A DNA stretch of 50,729 nucleotides from Chloroflexota bacterium (GTDB lineage: Bacteria > Chloroflexota > Limnocylindria > Limnocylindrales > CSP1-4), in assembly GCA_031407755.1 (NCBI GenBank), contig JANOIS010000033.1, positions 1 through 50,729 on the forward strand. Reading direction: 5' to 3'. The notes under the pieces were generated by a model. The model saw nothing but the letters and a program-made list of their open reading frames with translations, had not been told where the DNA came from and made no database searches. Positions 36,053-45,514 of the stretch are shown piece after piece. A program made the translations under genes and the position numbers. The first letter of the stretch is position 1, and every line of letters starts with the position of its first letter.

Positions 36053-36880
36053 GTGACGTCCAGTCAGCGCGCCCGACTCATCCTGAGCCTCGGTGTTCTG
36101 AATCTCGTTCTCGCGACGATCGCGCTCGGGATCGGTGGGGTCGAGCTTCAACAGCGGGCGGCGGCTTCGGCGAGCGCATCGGGCGCTATCGCGGCCATTC
36201 CCACACCGACACCGGCCGTGCCCGACCCGTCCGCCCCCCTTGCGACGCCGGGGCCATCCCTTCCGCCACAACGACCCTCGCCATCGCCGGAACCAAGTTC
36301 GTCGGTCGCCGTGCCCGAACCATCGGGCACGCCCGTGTCCAGTCCCAGCGGATCGGTTGGATCACCGGTCGTTTCGTCGAGCCCCGAACCCGTGGCGACG
36401 CCGTCGCCGAGCCCGCAGCGGACGACGGCCAGCTCGCCGACCCCGACCGCGACCCCGAGTCCGACCGCCACCCCGACTCCCGCATCGACCGCGCGCCCGA
36501 CGCCGACGCCAGCCAGGACCGCCACCCCACGTCCGACCGCCACCCCGACTCCCGCCGCCACGCCAGTTCCGGTGAAGACACCGCGACCGACCGCCACCCC
36601 GGCGCCGACACCCGCCCCGACACCAGAGCCGCCTGCGCCGGAACCCGATGACGACAACGCCAAGGACAAGCCGCCGTGCCCCACGAAGGGTGGCCCGCCG
36701 CCCGGCCACAACAAGACCAGCGACCCGGATGATCGCCCGTGCGGCAAAGACAAGGACAAGGGCAAGGGCAACGGTGGCGACGCCGAGGGTGGCGTGATCC
36801 TCATCCTGCCGCTGCTCGGCGGGACCGCTGTCTGGTCCACACGCCCGGAGCGGTTGCGCCGACGCCTCCGCGCGCGCTAG
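36053..36880 (+). CDS. Pro/Thr/Ser-rich membrane-anchored protein with a hydrophobic, Arg-rich C-terminal tail
   Basis: N-terminal transmembrane segment LILSLGVLNLVLATIALGIGGV. About 190 aa of PT/PS repeats (TPTATPSPTATPTPASTARPTPTPARTATPRPTATPTPAATP). A Lys/Asp/Gly-rich Cys-containing patch follows, then GGVILILPLLGGTAVW plus RPERLRRRLRAR. The start codon is uncertain. Confidence 0.6.
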   Translation: MTSSQRARLILSLGVLNLVLATIALGIGGVELQQRAAASASASGAIAAIPTPTPAVPDPSAPLATPGPSLPPQRPSPSPEPSSSVAVPEPSGTPVSSPSGSVGSPVVSSSPEPVATPSPSPQRTTASSPTPTATPSPTATPTPASTARPTPTPARTATPRPTATPTPAATPVPVKTPRPTATPAPTPAPTPEPPAPEPDDDNAKDKPPCPTKGGPPPGHNKTSDPDDRPCGKDKDKGKGNGGDAEGGVILILPLLGGTAVWSTRPERLRRRLRAR

Positions 36881-36925
36881 GCTCCCATCCCGGCGCCGTC
36901 CCGCCGGCCCACATCGGAGGTCTTC

Positions 36926-38308
36926 ATGGCGTACTCGGATCCGGGTCAGACGAAGTTCGTACTCGACGAATCGCGGATCCCGCGTAACTGGTACAACATC
37001 GCCGCTGATCTGCCGGTCGCGCCGTTACCGCCGCTCCATCCAGGAACGCACCAGCCCATCGGCCCGGACGATCTCGCGCCGCTGTTTCCGATGGCGCTCA
37101 TCGGCCAGGAGGTCTCGGCCGATCGCGACATCGAGATCCCCGAGCCGGTTCGCGACGCCTACCGCCTGTATCGGCCCAGCCCGCTCTATCGCGCCCACCG
37201 ACTGGAGCGAGCGCTCGATACCCCGGCCCACATCTACTACAAGTACGAAGGCGGAAGCCCGGCCGGCAGCCACAAGCCCAACACCGCGATCCCCCAGGCG
37301 TTCTACAACAAGGAAGCGGGTGTCAAGCGCCTGGCGACCGAGACCGGCGCCGGTCAGTGGGGGAGTGCGCTCGCCTTCGCGGGTGCCCTGTTCGGGCTCG
37401 AGGTCAAGGTCTACATGGTCCGCGCCAGCTATGACCAGAAGCCGTACCGCCGGATCCTGATGGAAACCTACGGCGCGGAGGTCGTGCCCAGTCCGTCAAG
37501 CACGACGAACTACGGTCGGAAGGTGCTGGGTGAGACGCCGGACAGCCCGGGATCCCTGGGGATGGCCATCAGCGAGGCGGTGGAGGACGCGGCGACACGC
37601 GACGATACGAAGTACGCCCTCGGGTCCGTGCTCAATCACGTGCTGTTGCACCAGACGGTCATCGGCCAGGAGGCCATCGAGCAGATGGCGATGGCCGGGG
37701 AGTCGCCCGATATCGTCATCGGCTGCACGGGCGGCGGGTCCAACTTCGCCGGGCTGACCTTCCCGTTCCTGGGCCGGAATTTCCGTGAGGGCGCCAATCA
37801 TCGGGTCATCGCCGTCGAGCCGGAGGCGGCCCCCAGCCTCACCCGGGGGGTGTACGCCTACGACTTCGGGGACACGGGACGGATGACGCCGCTGGTGAAG
37901 ATGCACACCCTGGGCGCCGATTTCATCCCTGAGCCGATCCACGCCGGCGGCCTGCGCTATCACGGCATGGCCCCGCTCGTCAGTCTCCTCAAGGAGCACG
38001 GCCACATCGAGGCGCGCAGCGTCCACCAGCGCTCGAGTTTCGAGGCCGGCGTCGCGTTCGCCCGTGCCGAGGGCATCCTGCCCGCCCCCGAGCCCAGCCA
38101 CGCCATCCGCGTCGCGATCGATGAGGCGCTCGCGGCGAAGGAGGCCGGGGTGGCCCGGGTCATCCTGTTCAACCTGTGCGGCCATGGGCATTTCGATCTG
38201 TCCGCCTACGAGCGCTACCTGAGCGGCTCCATGGAGGATTACGAGTACCCCAGGGAGAAGGTCGAGGCGGCCCTGGCCGGCCTGCCGGTCGTCGCACACG
38301 CGCCGTAA
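36926..38308 (+). CDS. trpB: TrpB-like PLP-dependent enzyme (tryptophan synthase beta, TrpB2 type)
   Basis: 460 aa, with the long TrpB2 N-terminus ([14 protein letters not shown]). It carries [13 protein letters not shown] (PLP Lys), [11 protein letters not shown] and GLRYHGM. GGAGG lies upstream of the ATG. It stands alone, with no trpA adjacent. Confidence 0.88.
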   Translation: MAYSDPGQTKFVLDESRIPRNWYNIAADLPVAPLPPLHPGTHQPIGPDDLAPLFPMALIGQEVSADRDIEIPEPVRDAYRLYRPSPLYRAHRLERALDTPAHIYYKYEGGSPAGSHKPNTAIPQAFYNKEAGVKRLATETGAGQWGSALAFAGALFGLEVKVYMVRASYDQKPYRRILMETYGAEVVPSPSSTTNYGRKVLGETPDSPGSLGMAISEAVEDAATRDDTKYALGSVLNHVLLHQTVIGQEAIEQMAMAGESPDIVIGCTGGGSNFAGLTFPFLGRNFREGANHRVIAVEPEAAPSLTRGVYAYDFGDTGRMTPLVKMHTLGADFIPEPIHAGGLRYHGMAPLVSLLKEHGHIEARSVHQRSSFEAGVAFARAEGILPAPEPSHAIRVAIDEALAAKEAGVARVILFNLCGHGHFDLSAYERYLSGSMEDYEYPREKVEAALAGLPVVAHAP

Positions 38309-38348
38309 TCAGCCAGACTGAGCGCCGAACAAGGAAAGGTGTTGGGGG

Positions 38349-38603
38349 ATGCCGCGACTCGCCTGTTGGTCATGTGGACGTCAGATCTACACCGTCGCGC
38401 CGCTCGAGGCGCTGTTCGCGGAGGAACGTCGGTGCCCACGCTGCGGCGCCCACCTGGCCGATGAGCGTCGGGAGCGTGACCGCCGCGAGCGGCTTCGTCG
38501 CCTGAACCCCGCCGACGACCCGGGGCCACCGACGGACGATGGGGAGCGACGGGAGGCGGAGCGTCGCGCCGAGCGGCGACGGACCCGGGGCGGGACAGCC
38601 TGA
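38349..38603 (+). CDS. Small zinc-ribbon protein with an Arg/Glu-rich tail
   Basis: 84 aa with two CxxC pairs (CWSCG ... CPRCG). GGAAAGG lies 9 nt upstream of the ATG. It fills the trpB2-tyrA gap almost exactly. Expression is unverified. Confidence 0.45.
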   Translation: MPRLACWSCGRQIYTVAPLEALFAEERRCPRCGAHLADERRERDRRERLRRLNPADDPGPPTDDGERREAERRAERRRTRGGTA

Positions 38604-38651
38604 GGGCGCTCAGCAGCACGTGAGTCTGACGCATCGGCGATACTCGCCATC

Positions 38652-39527
38652 GTGCGGGTGGCGTTGCTTGGCTTCGGGTTGATCGGCGGATCGGTCGCCC
38701 GTGCCCTGCATGTCGTGGCGAGCGCGGACGATCAGCTTGGTGCCCCTTCCGTCGTGGCCTGGTCACCGGGCGGATCGGGGGCGCGGGCCGCTGTCCGCGA
38801 CGGCGTCATCGATCTTGCCGCTGCGACGCCGGAGGCCGCCATCGATGGTGCGGACCTTGTCGTGCTGGCTGGGCCGGCACCCGTCTGCCTGGAACAGCTG
38901 GACGACCTGGCCGGCCCGTGGAGCGCCGCACTCGCTCCCGACGCCGTGATCACCGATGTCGCCAGTACGAAGCGTACGATCGTGCTGCGGGCCACGGCGC
39001 TCGGTCTGCGCTTCGTCGGTGGGCACCCGATGGCCGGTCACGAGTCGAGTGGTTATGCCGCATCCAGTCCGGACCTGTTCGTGGACCGGCCGTGGGTCGT
39101 GGTTCCCGGGATCGACGAGACCGCCAACCGTCGCGTGGAGGCGCTGGCCCGGGCCTGTCGGGCGCGTCCCGTCCGGATGGCGGCGACGGCCCATGACGAG
39201 GCGGTCGCGGCGATCAGTCACCTGCCGCTCGTCGTGGCGGCCGCCCTCGTTGAAGCCGTGTCCGCCGATCGTCCGGACTGGCCGGCCGTCGCCGATCTTG
39301 CGGCGAGCGGCTGGCGCGACACCACCAGGCTCGCCCGCGGTGACGCCACGATGGGGAGCGGGATCGTCGCCACCAATGGACCGGCGATCGCGGGCCGGCT
39401 GCGCGATCTGATCGGGGTCCTGGAAGCCTGGCTCACGGAGCTGGAACGGCCCGGCGGACCGGATCCTGCCCTCGTGGCAGACCGCCTGCGCGCGGCCCGC
39501 GCAGCTCTCGAGACGGTGTCCCGATGA
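38652..39527 (+). CDS. tyrA: Prephenate dehydrogenase
   Basis: VALLGFGLIGGSVARAL Rossmann motif and the FVGGHPMAGHESSG catalytic motif. GTG 38652 lies 7 nt after a GATACT hexamer. Confidence 0.88.
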   Translation: MRVALLGFGLIGGSVARALHVVASADDQLGAPSVVAWSPGGSGARAAVRDGVIDLAAATPEAAIDGADLVVLAGPAPVCLEQLDDLAGPWSAALAPDAVITDVASTKRTIVLRATALGLRFVGGHPMAGHESSGYAASSPDLFVDRPWVVVPGIDETANRRVEALARACRARPVRMAATAHDEAVAAISHLPLVVAAALVEAVSADRPDWPAVADLAASGWRDTTRLARGDATMGSGIVATNGPAIAGRLRDLIGVLEAWLTELERPGGPDPALVADRLRAARAALETVSR

Positions 39528-40129
39528 GCGCAGAGCGGGTGCTGGTCGTGCCCAGGGCGCTCGTGCCCGCCCGGGCCGCCTGGTACGGCCTCCGGCGCGC
39601 CGGCCTGGCCGAACTGCTGGCGGTCGTCAAGACCCACGGACGGTTCGAGCCGCGCGCTGAGATGGAGCGTGACCCCGAGTACAAGCAGATCATCCCGTAC
39701 CTCGTGCTGCGCGACGATGAGCGCTACTTCTTGATGCAGCGCACGCGCGCCGGCGGGGACGCTCGGCTGTTCGAGCACTGGTCGATCGGTGTCGGAGGTC
39801 ATCTCAACCCGGGCGATGCCGACCTCCAGGGTGGGCTGGCCCGAGAATGGCGCGAGGAACTGGTCGCCGATTTCCAGCCCGACTTCGATCCGGTCGCGAT
39901 GCTCAACGACGACACCACCGAGGTCGGTGCGGTGCATCTGGGCGTGGTCTGCCTGGCCGACGCCGCCGGCCGAGCCGTTAAGGTGCGGGAGACGGACAAG
40001 CTGAGCGGCTCGTTCGTGCCGCCGACCGAGGTCGCGGCCGTCGCCGATCACCTCGAGACGTGGAGCCAGCTCGTATTCGAGGCACTCGAATCCGGAGCGC
40101 TGATGCCGTCGCGGCCGCGTCGGCGATGA
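39524..40129 (+). CDS. NUDIX-family hydrolase-like protein
   Basis: Nudix-box-like GGHLNPGDADLQGGLAREWREEL (Gx5Ex7REUxEE pattern). ATG 39524 overlaps the tyrA stop (ATGA). Confidence 0.65.
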   Translation: MSAERVLVVPRALVPARAAWYGLRRAGLAELLAVVKTHGRFEPRAEMERDPEYKQIIPYLVLRDDERYFLMQRTRAGGDARLFEHWSIGVGGHLNPGDADLQGGLAREWREELVADFQPDFDPVAMLNDDTTEVGAVHLGVVCLADAAGRAVKVRETDKLSGSFVPPTEVAAVADHLETWSQLVFEALESGALMPSRPRRR

Positions 40130-41133
40130 TCCGCAGCCTGATCGGTGGGGGAGCCGGTGTGGTCCTGTCCGTCCTGACCCTGCGTGCAGTGACGCGCCGC
40201 GCCGCCGGTCGACTCCTCCAGGCGCCGCGGGTCAATCCCGACGAGGCCGGACTCCGACCGGCGCTTGACGCGCTCGGTGGCGAGGTCGTCAGGCTCATGT
40301 CGCGGGATGGTCTGCGGCTGGCTGCCCGCTGGTTGCCCTTGGCCCGAACCGAGGACGGCTGGCGAGCGGACCCGCACGAGGCGATCCTGCTGCTGCACGG
40401 CTACTCGGGATCGGTCGCGCCGGACCTCGTCGAATACGGGCCTTTCCTGCGCCGAACCGCGGGGGTTCTCGGGCTCGATTTTCGTGGCCATGGCGGATCG
40501 GCCGATGGACCGTCCACGTTCGGACTGCTCGAAGTGGAGGACATCGCCGGGGCGCTGACCTGGCTCGGCGAACGCGGTATCACCCGGGTGGCGCTGGTGG
40601 GAACCTCGATGGGCGGCATCTCGGCTATCGCCGCGGTCGTCGTTCTTGGCGATGGAGCGCTCGTGGCCGCGGACGTCGATCCGGCAGCCGCACGGGATGT
40701 CGACATCGCCCCGTGTCCCATGATCGTGGGGGTCGTTGCCGACTCGACGGCCCCGGAGCTCGAGATCCCGGTGGCTTCACGCCTGCGCGGCCCGGCCCGC
40801 CAGTTCCTGGCCAAGCGCCTGTTCGATGGGGCCGCCGCGACGCTGGGTGCGGACCCGCGGGCCACCGAACCCGCCCGGGTCATCGGGCTCGTGGAGCCGG
40901 TCCCGTTGCTGCTCATCCACGGCGATGCTGATCAGACCGTTCCGATCGCGGACGGCCGACGCCTGGCTGCCCTCGCCGGTCCGTCGACGGAGCACTGGGT
41001 CATCGCCGGCGCCGGCCACAGCGCCGGTCACGTCGTCGCCGGTCAGGACTATGAGCGGCGACTGACGGACTTCCTGCGGCTGGCGTTTCGGCGCGGTCGC
41101 GGCGAGGATGTCGAGGCGTCGGAGCTCGACTGA
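40126..41133 (+). CDS. Alpha/beta-fold hydrolase with an N-terminal membrane anchor
   Basis: LLLHGYSGS oxyanion region, the nucleophile elbow GTSMGG, LLLIHGDAD and a late GAGH. ATG 40126 overlaps the upstream stop (ATGA). Confidence 0.8.
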   Translation: MIRSLIGGGAGVVLSVLTLRAVTRRAAGRLLQAPRVNPDEAGLRPALDALGGEVVRLMSRDGLRLAARWLPLARTEDGWRADPHEAILLLHGYSGSVAPDLVEYGPFLRRTAGVLGLDFRGHGGSADGPSTFGLLEVEDIAGALTWLGERGITRVALVGTSMGGISAIAAVVVLGDGALVAADVDPAAARDVDIAPCPMIVGVVADSTAPELEIPVASRLRGPARQFLAKRLFDGAAATLGADPRATEPARVIGLVEPVPLLLIHGDADQTVPIADGRRLAALAGPSTEHWVIAGAGHSAGHVVAGQDYERRLTDFLRLAFRRGRGEDVEASELD

Positions 41134-41155
41134 TGCCACTCCATGCGGCGAGCCC

Positions 41156-41161
41156 TATAAT
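41156..41161 (+). promoter_or_regulatory. Consensus -10 hexamer TATAAT upstream of receiver-CpaE copy B
   Basis: TATAAT lies 67 nt upstream of ATG 41228, which has its own GGGAGG Shine-Dalgarno. A weak -35, ATGCCA, sits 17 nt upstream. Confidence 0.4.
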
Positions 41162-41227
41162 CGCCGCGCCGGGGGCCCCGACGGTCGGACCGGACCGCGA
41201 CTCCGCGCGATGTCGGTGGGAGGACTG

Positions 41228-42388
41228 ATGGCGGCCAAGATCCTCGTCGTCGATGACGACCCCAATGTCCAGCGTTTGCTCCAGTACACGCTGAAGCAGG
41301 AGGGCTACGACGTCGTGGTCGCGGCCGACGGCGCCGAGGGCTTTCGGCTGTGGGGCGCCGAAGCGCCGGACCTCATCCTCCTCGACGTCATGCTGCCCAA
41401 ACTGGACGGTTACCAGGTAGCCGCGAAGATCCGCAGCGAGGAGGGTGGATCGGCGCACGTGCCGATCATCATGCTCACGGCCGAGCGCGAGGTGGAGCAG
41501 AAGGTTCGGGGCCTGCGCGCCGGGGCGGATGACTACCTGATCAAGCCGTTCCATCCGGCCGAACTGCTGGCTCGCATCAAGAGCCTGTTGGCCCGGTTCG
41601 CGCCTCGTGATCAGCTGCTGGCCCGCCCGCCGATGGGCCGCGTCTTCGCGCTGTACGGAGCCAAGGGCGGGGTGGGCACGACGACCATCGCCATCAATGC
41701 CGCGATCGCGCTCCATCGGGAGCTCGGCCGGAAGGTCTGCCTGGTCGACGCCAATCTCCAGTTCGGCGACCACCGGGTGTTCCTGGACCTCGGGCTGGAC
41801 CGCAAGAGCATCGTCGACATCGTGAGCGCTCCATCGATCGACGCGGATCTCGTGCGCAACGTCATGGTCAAACACGATTCGGGCATCGACCTGCTGCTTG
41901 CGCCGCCATCACCCGAGAGCGCCGAACTCGTCCGACCGGAGCACCTGCCGTTGATCACGGCACAGCTCCAGACGATGTACGACTACGTGTTGATCGATGT
42001 CGACAAACGGCTCGATGACGTGAACCTGGGCGTGTTTGAGGTGGCCGAGGCGGTGTTCGTGGTCATGACCGCCGACCTGTCGTGTCTCAAGAACGTCCGG
42101 CTCATCCTGGAGACGATGTCCCATCTGGGCTACGCGGCGGGCAAGGTCAAGTTGGTCCTCAACCGATCGAACGCGTTCACCGGCATCAATGTCAAGAACG
42201 CCGAGGGCGCCCTGAAGCGGACCATCGATCACCAGGTCGTGAACGAGTACCGGGGAGCCATCAGCGCCCTGAATTCAGGTGCCCCGTTCATGTTCACCAA
42301 GGCGGATTCGGCTCTTGGTGCGTCGCTCCTGCAGTTCGCGCGGGCGGTCGATAAATCGACCGCCAAGGTGGCCGTCTCGGCTCGCTGA
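41228..42388 (+). CDS. Response-regulator receiver domain fused to a CpaE/MinD/ParA-type ATPase (copy B; canonical receiver)
   Basis: ATG 41228 lies 5 nt after GGGAGG. The receiver has all conserved positions (VVDDD, LILLDVMLP, IIMLTA, LIKPF). The deviant Walker A is YGAKGGVGTTT. The domain order is the same as in CDS 925-2085. Confidence 0.88.
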   Translation: MAAKILVVDDDPNVQRLLQYTLKQEGYDVVVAADGAEGFRLWGAEAPDLILLDVMLPKLDGYQVAAKIRSEEGGSAHVPIIMLTAEREVEQKVRGLRAGADDYLIKPFHPAELLARIKSLLARFAPRDQLLARPPMGRVFALYGAKGGVGTTTIAINAAIALHRELGRKVCLVDANLQFGDHRVFLDLGLDRKSIVDIVSAPSIDADLVRNVMVKHDSGIDLLLAPPSPESAELVRPEHLPLITAQLQTMYDYVLIDVDKRLDDVNLGVFEVAEAVFVVMTADLSCLKNVRLILETMSHLGYAAGKVKLVLNRSNAFTGINVKNAEGALKRTIDHQVVNEYRGAISALNSGAPFMFTKADSALGASLLQFARAVDKSTAKVAVSAR

Positions 42389-42447
42389 TGGATCGCTGCG
42401 AACGCCCTGATAAGTCGGGGGTGAGCGCCCGCCGCTAGGGTGGCGGC

Positions 42448-44019
42448 ATGTTGGCCGTCGTTCCTTCCGCCACCCTGCACGGCCTCGACGGTCGGTCGAT
42501 CCGGGTCGAGGTGGATGTCGCGCCCGGGTTGCCCGGGTTCACCATCGTGGGGCTCGCCGATACGGCTGTCCAGGAAGCGCGTGAGCGTGTTCGAGGGGCC
42601 ATCCGCAACGCCGGATTCGTGTTCCCGCCGCGGCGCATCACCGTGAATCTGGCGCCAGCCGAGCTGCGCAAGACCGGCGCGTCACTGGATCTGGCGATGG
42701 CCATCGGGATCCTGCTCGGGTCGGAACAGCTTCGGGCAGGCACCGGTGCCGTGGCGCTCCTCGGCGAACTGAGCCTTGGTGGCGAGGTCCGGGCGCTGCC
42801 CGGGATCCTGCCGATGGTCGCGGCGATCGCCGACCGTCGGATCTGGCGGGTCGTCGTCGCGACGTCCGCTTCTGCCGAGGCGCGCCTTGTCGAGGGGATG
42901 GATGTGCTCGGCGTCGCGACATTGGCCGAGGCCGCCGAGATCGTGCGCGGTCGCCGGCCGCGGCGCGCACCGGTGGCCATGCCCATGGTCACGATCTCGG
43001 GCCCTGGTGCTGTCGTGAGCGACGGGCCCGGGCGGTCGTCGGTGGGGCCGGCTGAGATCCCGGATCTCGCCGAGGTACGCGGCCAGTCCGAGGCGCGGCG
43101 CGGACTCGAGATCGCGCTGGCTGGCGGGCACGGGCTGCTGCTGACCGGCCCACCCGGCGTCGGCAAGACCTTGCTTGCGCGCACGATCCCAGGACTGCTT
43201 CCGGACCTCGAGGATGCCGCCGCGCTGGCGGCGTCGATCGTAGCGTCAGCGGCCGGCGAGGGGCCGATCCATGAGCTTCGGCGGCGGCCGCCGTTCCGTG
43301 CCCCGCATCACACGCTGTCATACGCGGCGATGGTCGGCGGTGGGCCAAACCTGACGCCTGGCGAAGTCACCCGGGCAGATCAAGGTGTGCTGTTCCTGGA
43401 CGAGTTGGCCGAGTTCGACCGCGACGTGCTCGAGGCCCTGCGGCAGCCGCTCGAGGACGAACGCGTGCTCATCGTGCGGGCGGGGCGGTCCACGATGTTC
43501 CCCGCACGCTTCCAGCTCGTGGCTGCGATGAACCCGTGCCCGTGCGGTTATGCCGGTTCCGTGCCAGAGGACCGCTGCCGCTGCGCGCCGGGTGTGATCG
43601 AGCGCTACAGCCGGCGTGTATCCGGGCCATTGCGCGATCGGATCGACCTGTGGATCGCGATGCCGCGGGTTCCGGCCGGTGCCATCGTCGCTGTCGCCGA
43701 ACCTGAGGGCTCGGTCGTCGTTGCCGACCGGATCGCTGCCGCTCGGACCTGCGCGCTGGCCGAGCGCGGGCGCGTCAACGGGCGTCTGCGCGGTCGGGCG
43801 CTTCGGCAGGCGTGCGGGCTCACGGGAAGTGTGTCTTCCCGTGTCGTGGAGCTGGCCGATTCGGAATCCGCCAGTGGCCGCGGCACAGAGCGGCTGCTGC
43901 GGATCGCGCGAACCATCGCGGACCTCGCCGGTGCGACGGTGGTGAGTGCCACGCACATCGAGGAGGCCGCCTGGTACCGCTCCACCTCCTCACGCCAGGC
44001 CTCGGCGCTGGCGTCCTGA
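42448..44019 (+). CDS. comM: YifB/ComM-family Mg-chelatase-like AAA+ ATPase
   Basis: Lon-like N-terminal domain (GLPGFTIVGLADTAVQEARERVR, ITVNLAPA..RK.G...DLA.A), Walker A GPPGVGKT, GVLFLDEL, and a C-terminal Zn-like CPCG...C.C motif. Confidence 0.92.
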   Translation: MLAVVPSATLHGLDGRSIRVEVDVAPGLPGFTIVGLADTAVQEARERVRGAIRNAGFVFPPRRITVNLAPAELRKTGASLDLAMAIGILLGSEQLRAGTGAVALLGELSLGGEVRALPGILPMVAAIADRRIWRVVVATSASAEARLVEGMDVLGVATLAEAAEIVRGRRPRRAPVAMPMVTISGPGAVVSDGPGRSSVGPAEIPDLAEVRGQSEARRGLEIALAGGHGLLLTGPPGVGKTLLARTIPGLLPDLEDAAALAASIVASAAGEGPIHELRRRPPFRAPHHTLSYAAMVGGGPNLTPGEVTRADQGVLFLDELAEFDRDVLEALRQPLEDERVLIVRAGRSTMFPARFQLVAAMNPCPCGYAGSVPEDRCRCAPGVIERYSRRVSGPLRDRIDLWIAMPRVPAGAIVAVAEPEGSVVVADRIAAARTCALAERGRVNGRLRGRALRQACGLTGSVSSRVVELADSESASGRGTERLLRIARTIADLAGATVVSATHIEEAAWYRSTSSRQASALAS

Positions 44020-45311
44020 TGCTGGGCGTCAGCGTGCACGGACCGGTGGCCAGCGGGGGGACGACGGGGTCGCTCCGCGCCGTCGTTGCGCCGTCTGACC
44101 TGCACGATCACATCGGTCCGGACCCGTACGCAGCGGAGCGCGACGCGTGGACGGTGCTGACCGCCGTCCACGGCCTGGGTCCGCTCGGGTTCGCCGCGCT
44201 ACTGCACCACTTCGGGACGGGCCGCGCGATCCTCGCCACCGCTGCGGCATCTGGCGGGATCCTGCGCTTGCAGGCCACGCCCCCACTTGAGGCGAACCGG
44301 ATGGAACGACCCATCGGACTCGTCCTGGCGCGGGCGATCACGTACGTCGTGGAGCGGGCAGACGCGATCGTGGACAGGGTCCGAGATCTCGGCATTCGGG
44401 TCCTGACTCTCGAGGAACCGGCGTATCCTGCTCGACTGTCGGGGGTGGACATGCCGCCGCACGTCCTGTTCGTTACCGGCGACCCAGCGGCGCTTTCAGC
44501 GAACCGGGCCGTCGCCGTGGTCGGGACTCGCTACCCGACGAGCGCCGGCCGGACGACCGCCGGGCGGATCGCGACGGCCCTCGTCGCCGCCGAGTCGGTC
44601 GTCGTATCCGGGCTGGCCTTTGGCATCGACGGGGTCGCGCACGAAACCACCATCCGCGCAGGCGGGACGACGGTGGCGGTGATCGGCGGCGGCCACGCCG
44701 TGCTGTCCCCGCCGGCACACGCCCGGTTGGCTGCCGCCATCGTCGCGTCTGGTGGTGCGGTCGTGTCCGAGTTGACACCGGACACGGTGCCGTCGAAAGG
44801 CACGTTCCCGCGCCGGAACCGGATCATCAGCGGCCTCAGTGATGCGACGGTCGTGGTCGAGGCGCCGGCCCGCAGCGGCGCCCTGATCACCGCCTCCTGG
44901 GCGATGGATCAGGGGCGACCGTGCTTCATCGTGCCGGGTGCGATCGATGCGCGCGCTTCGGCTGGATGTCTGGCTTTTCTGCGCGAGTTCGAGGATGCGG
45001 TTCATGTCGTGGCCGGGATCCCGCAGCTCATCGCGGATCTTGGATTCGTTCGTCCCTCGGGTGATCGGCGCGACACCCTGAGTACAGCCACGAGCCAGGC
45101 GCTCGGTATCACGGAGGCGGCCGTGGCGGCCGAGCTCATCGCCGGCCGGGCCACGATCGATGAGCTGGTCGCCACGACGGACCTGCCGGTGGCGGCGGTC
45201 CTCGCGGCACTTACGCTGCTCGAGCGCCGGGGCCTTGCGGCCGGGGCCTATGGTCGTTACCGACCGGCGGGGACGCTGCTCGGAGCCCCACCCAGCATCA
45301 AGGTGCGCTGA
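44019..45311 (+). CDS. dprA: DNA-processing protein DprA/Smf
   Basis: ATG 44019 overlaps the comM stop (TGATG). Rossmann-like core VAVVGTRYPTSAGR...VVSGLAFGIDGVAH...AVIGGG, FPRRNRIISGLS, VVVEAPARSGALITA, and a C-terminal winged helix (ELVATTDLPVAAVLAALTLLERRGL). Confidence 0.9.
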   Translation: MLGVSVHGPVASGGTTGSLRAVVAPSDLHDHIGPDPYAAERDAWTVLTAVHGLGPLGFAALLHHFGTGRAILATAAASGGILRLQATPPLEANRMERPIGLVLARAITYVVERADAIVDRVRDLGIRVLTLEEPAYPARLSGVDMPPHVLFVTGDPAALSANRAVAVVGTRYPTSAGRTTAGRIATALVAAESVVVSGLAFGIDGVAHETTIRAGGTTVAVIGGGHAVLSPPAHARLAAAIVASGGAVVSELTPDTVPSKGTFPRRNRIISGLSDATVVVEAPARSGALITASWAMDQGRPCFIVPGAIDARASAGCLAFLREFEDAVHVVAGIPQLIADLGFVRPSGDRRDTLSTATSQALGITEAAVAAELIAGRATIDELVATTDLPVAAVLAALTLLERRGLAAGAYGRYRPAGTLLGAPPSIKVR

Positions 45312-45514
45312 CCGTTCGGCCCCGAGCCCCGCGGGCCAGGCCCGGCACCCGCCGTGGCCGCGTTGGGTCCCGGTGAACTGGGGCCGCACCCGATGGGTTG
45401 CCGCCGAGCGGACGCCGGTGCTACCCTGACCAACGCGTCACGCCCCAGCGCGACGCGAGCGGCCTGTGCGGATGGATCCCCGCCGCTCCCGCGCGACCGA
45501 GCCGGGAACCTGTA

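Noticed and set aside
45312-45514. 203-nt GC-rich intergenic spacer after dprA as a riboswitch or sRNA
   Set aside because: It contains short GC palindromes (for example CCCGCGGG). I could not fold it into any recognisable riboswitch or terminator architecture. This is unresolved without covariance-model searches.
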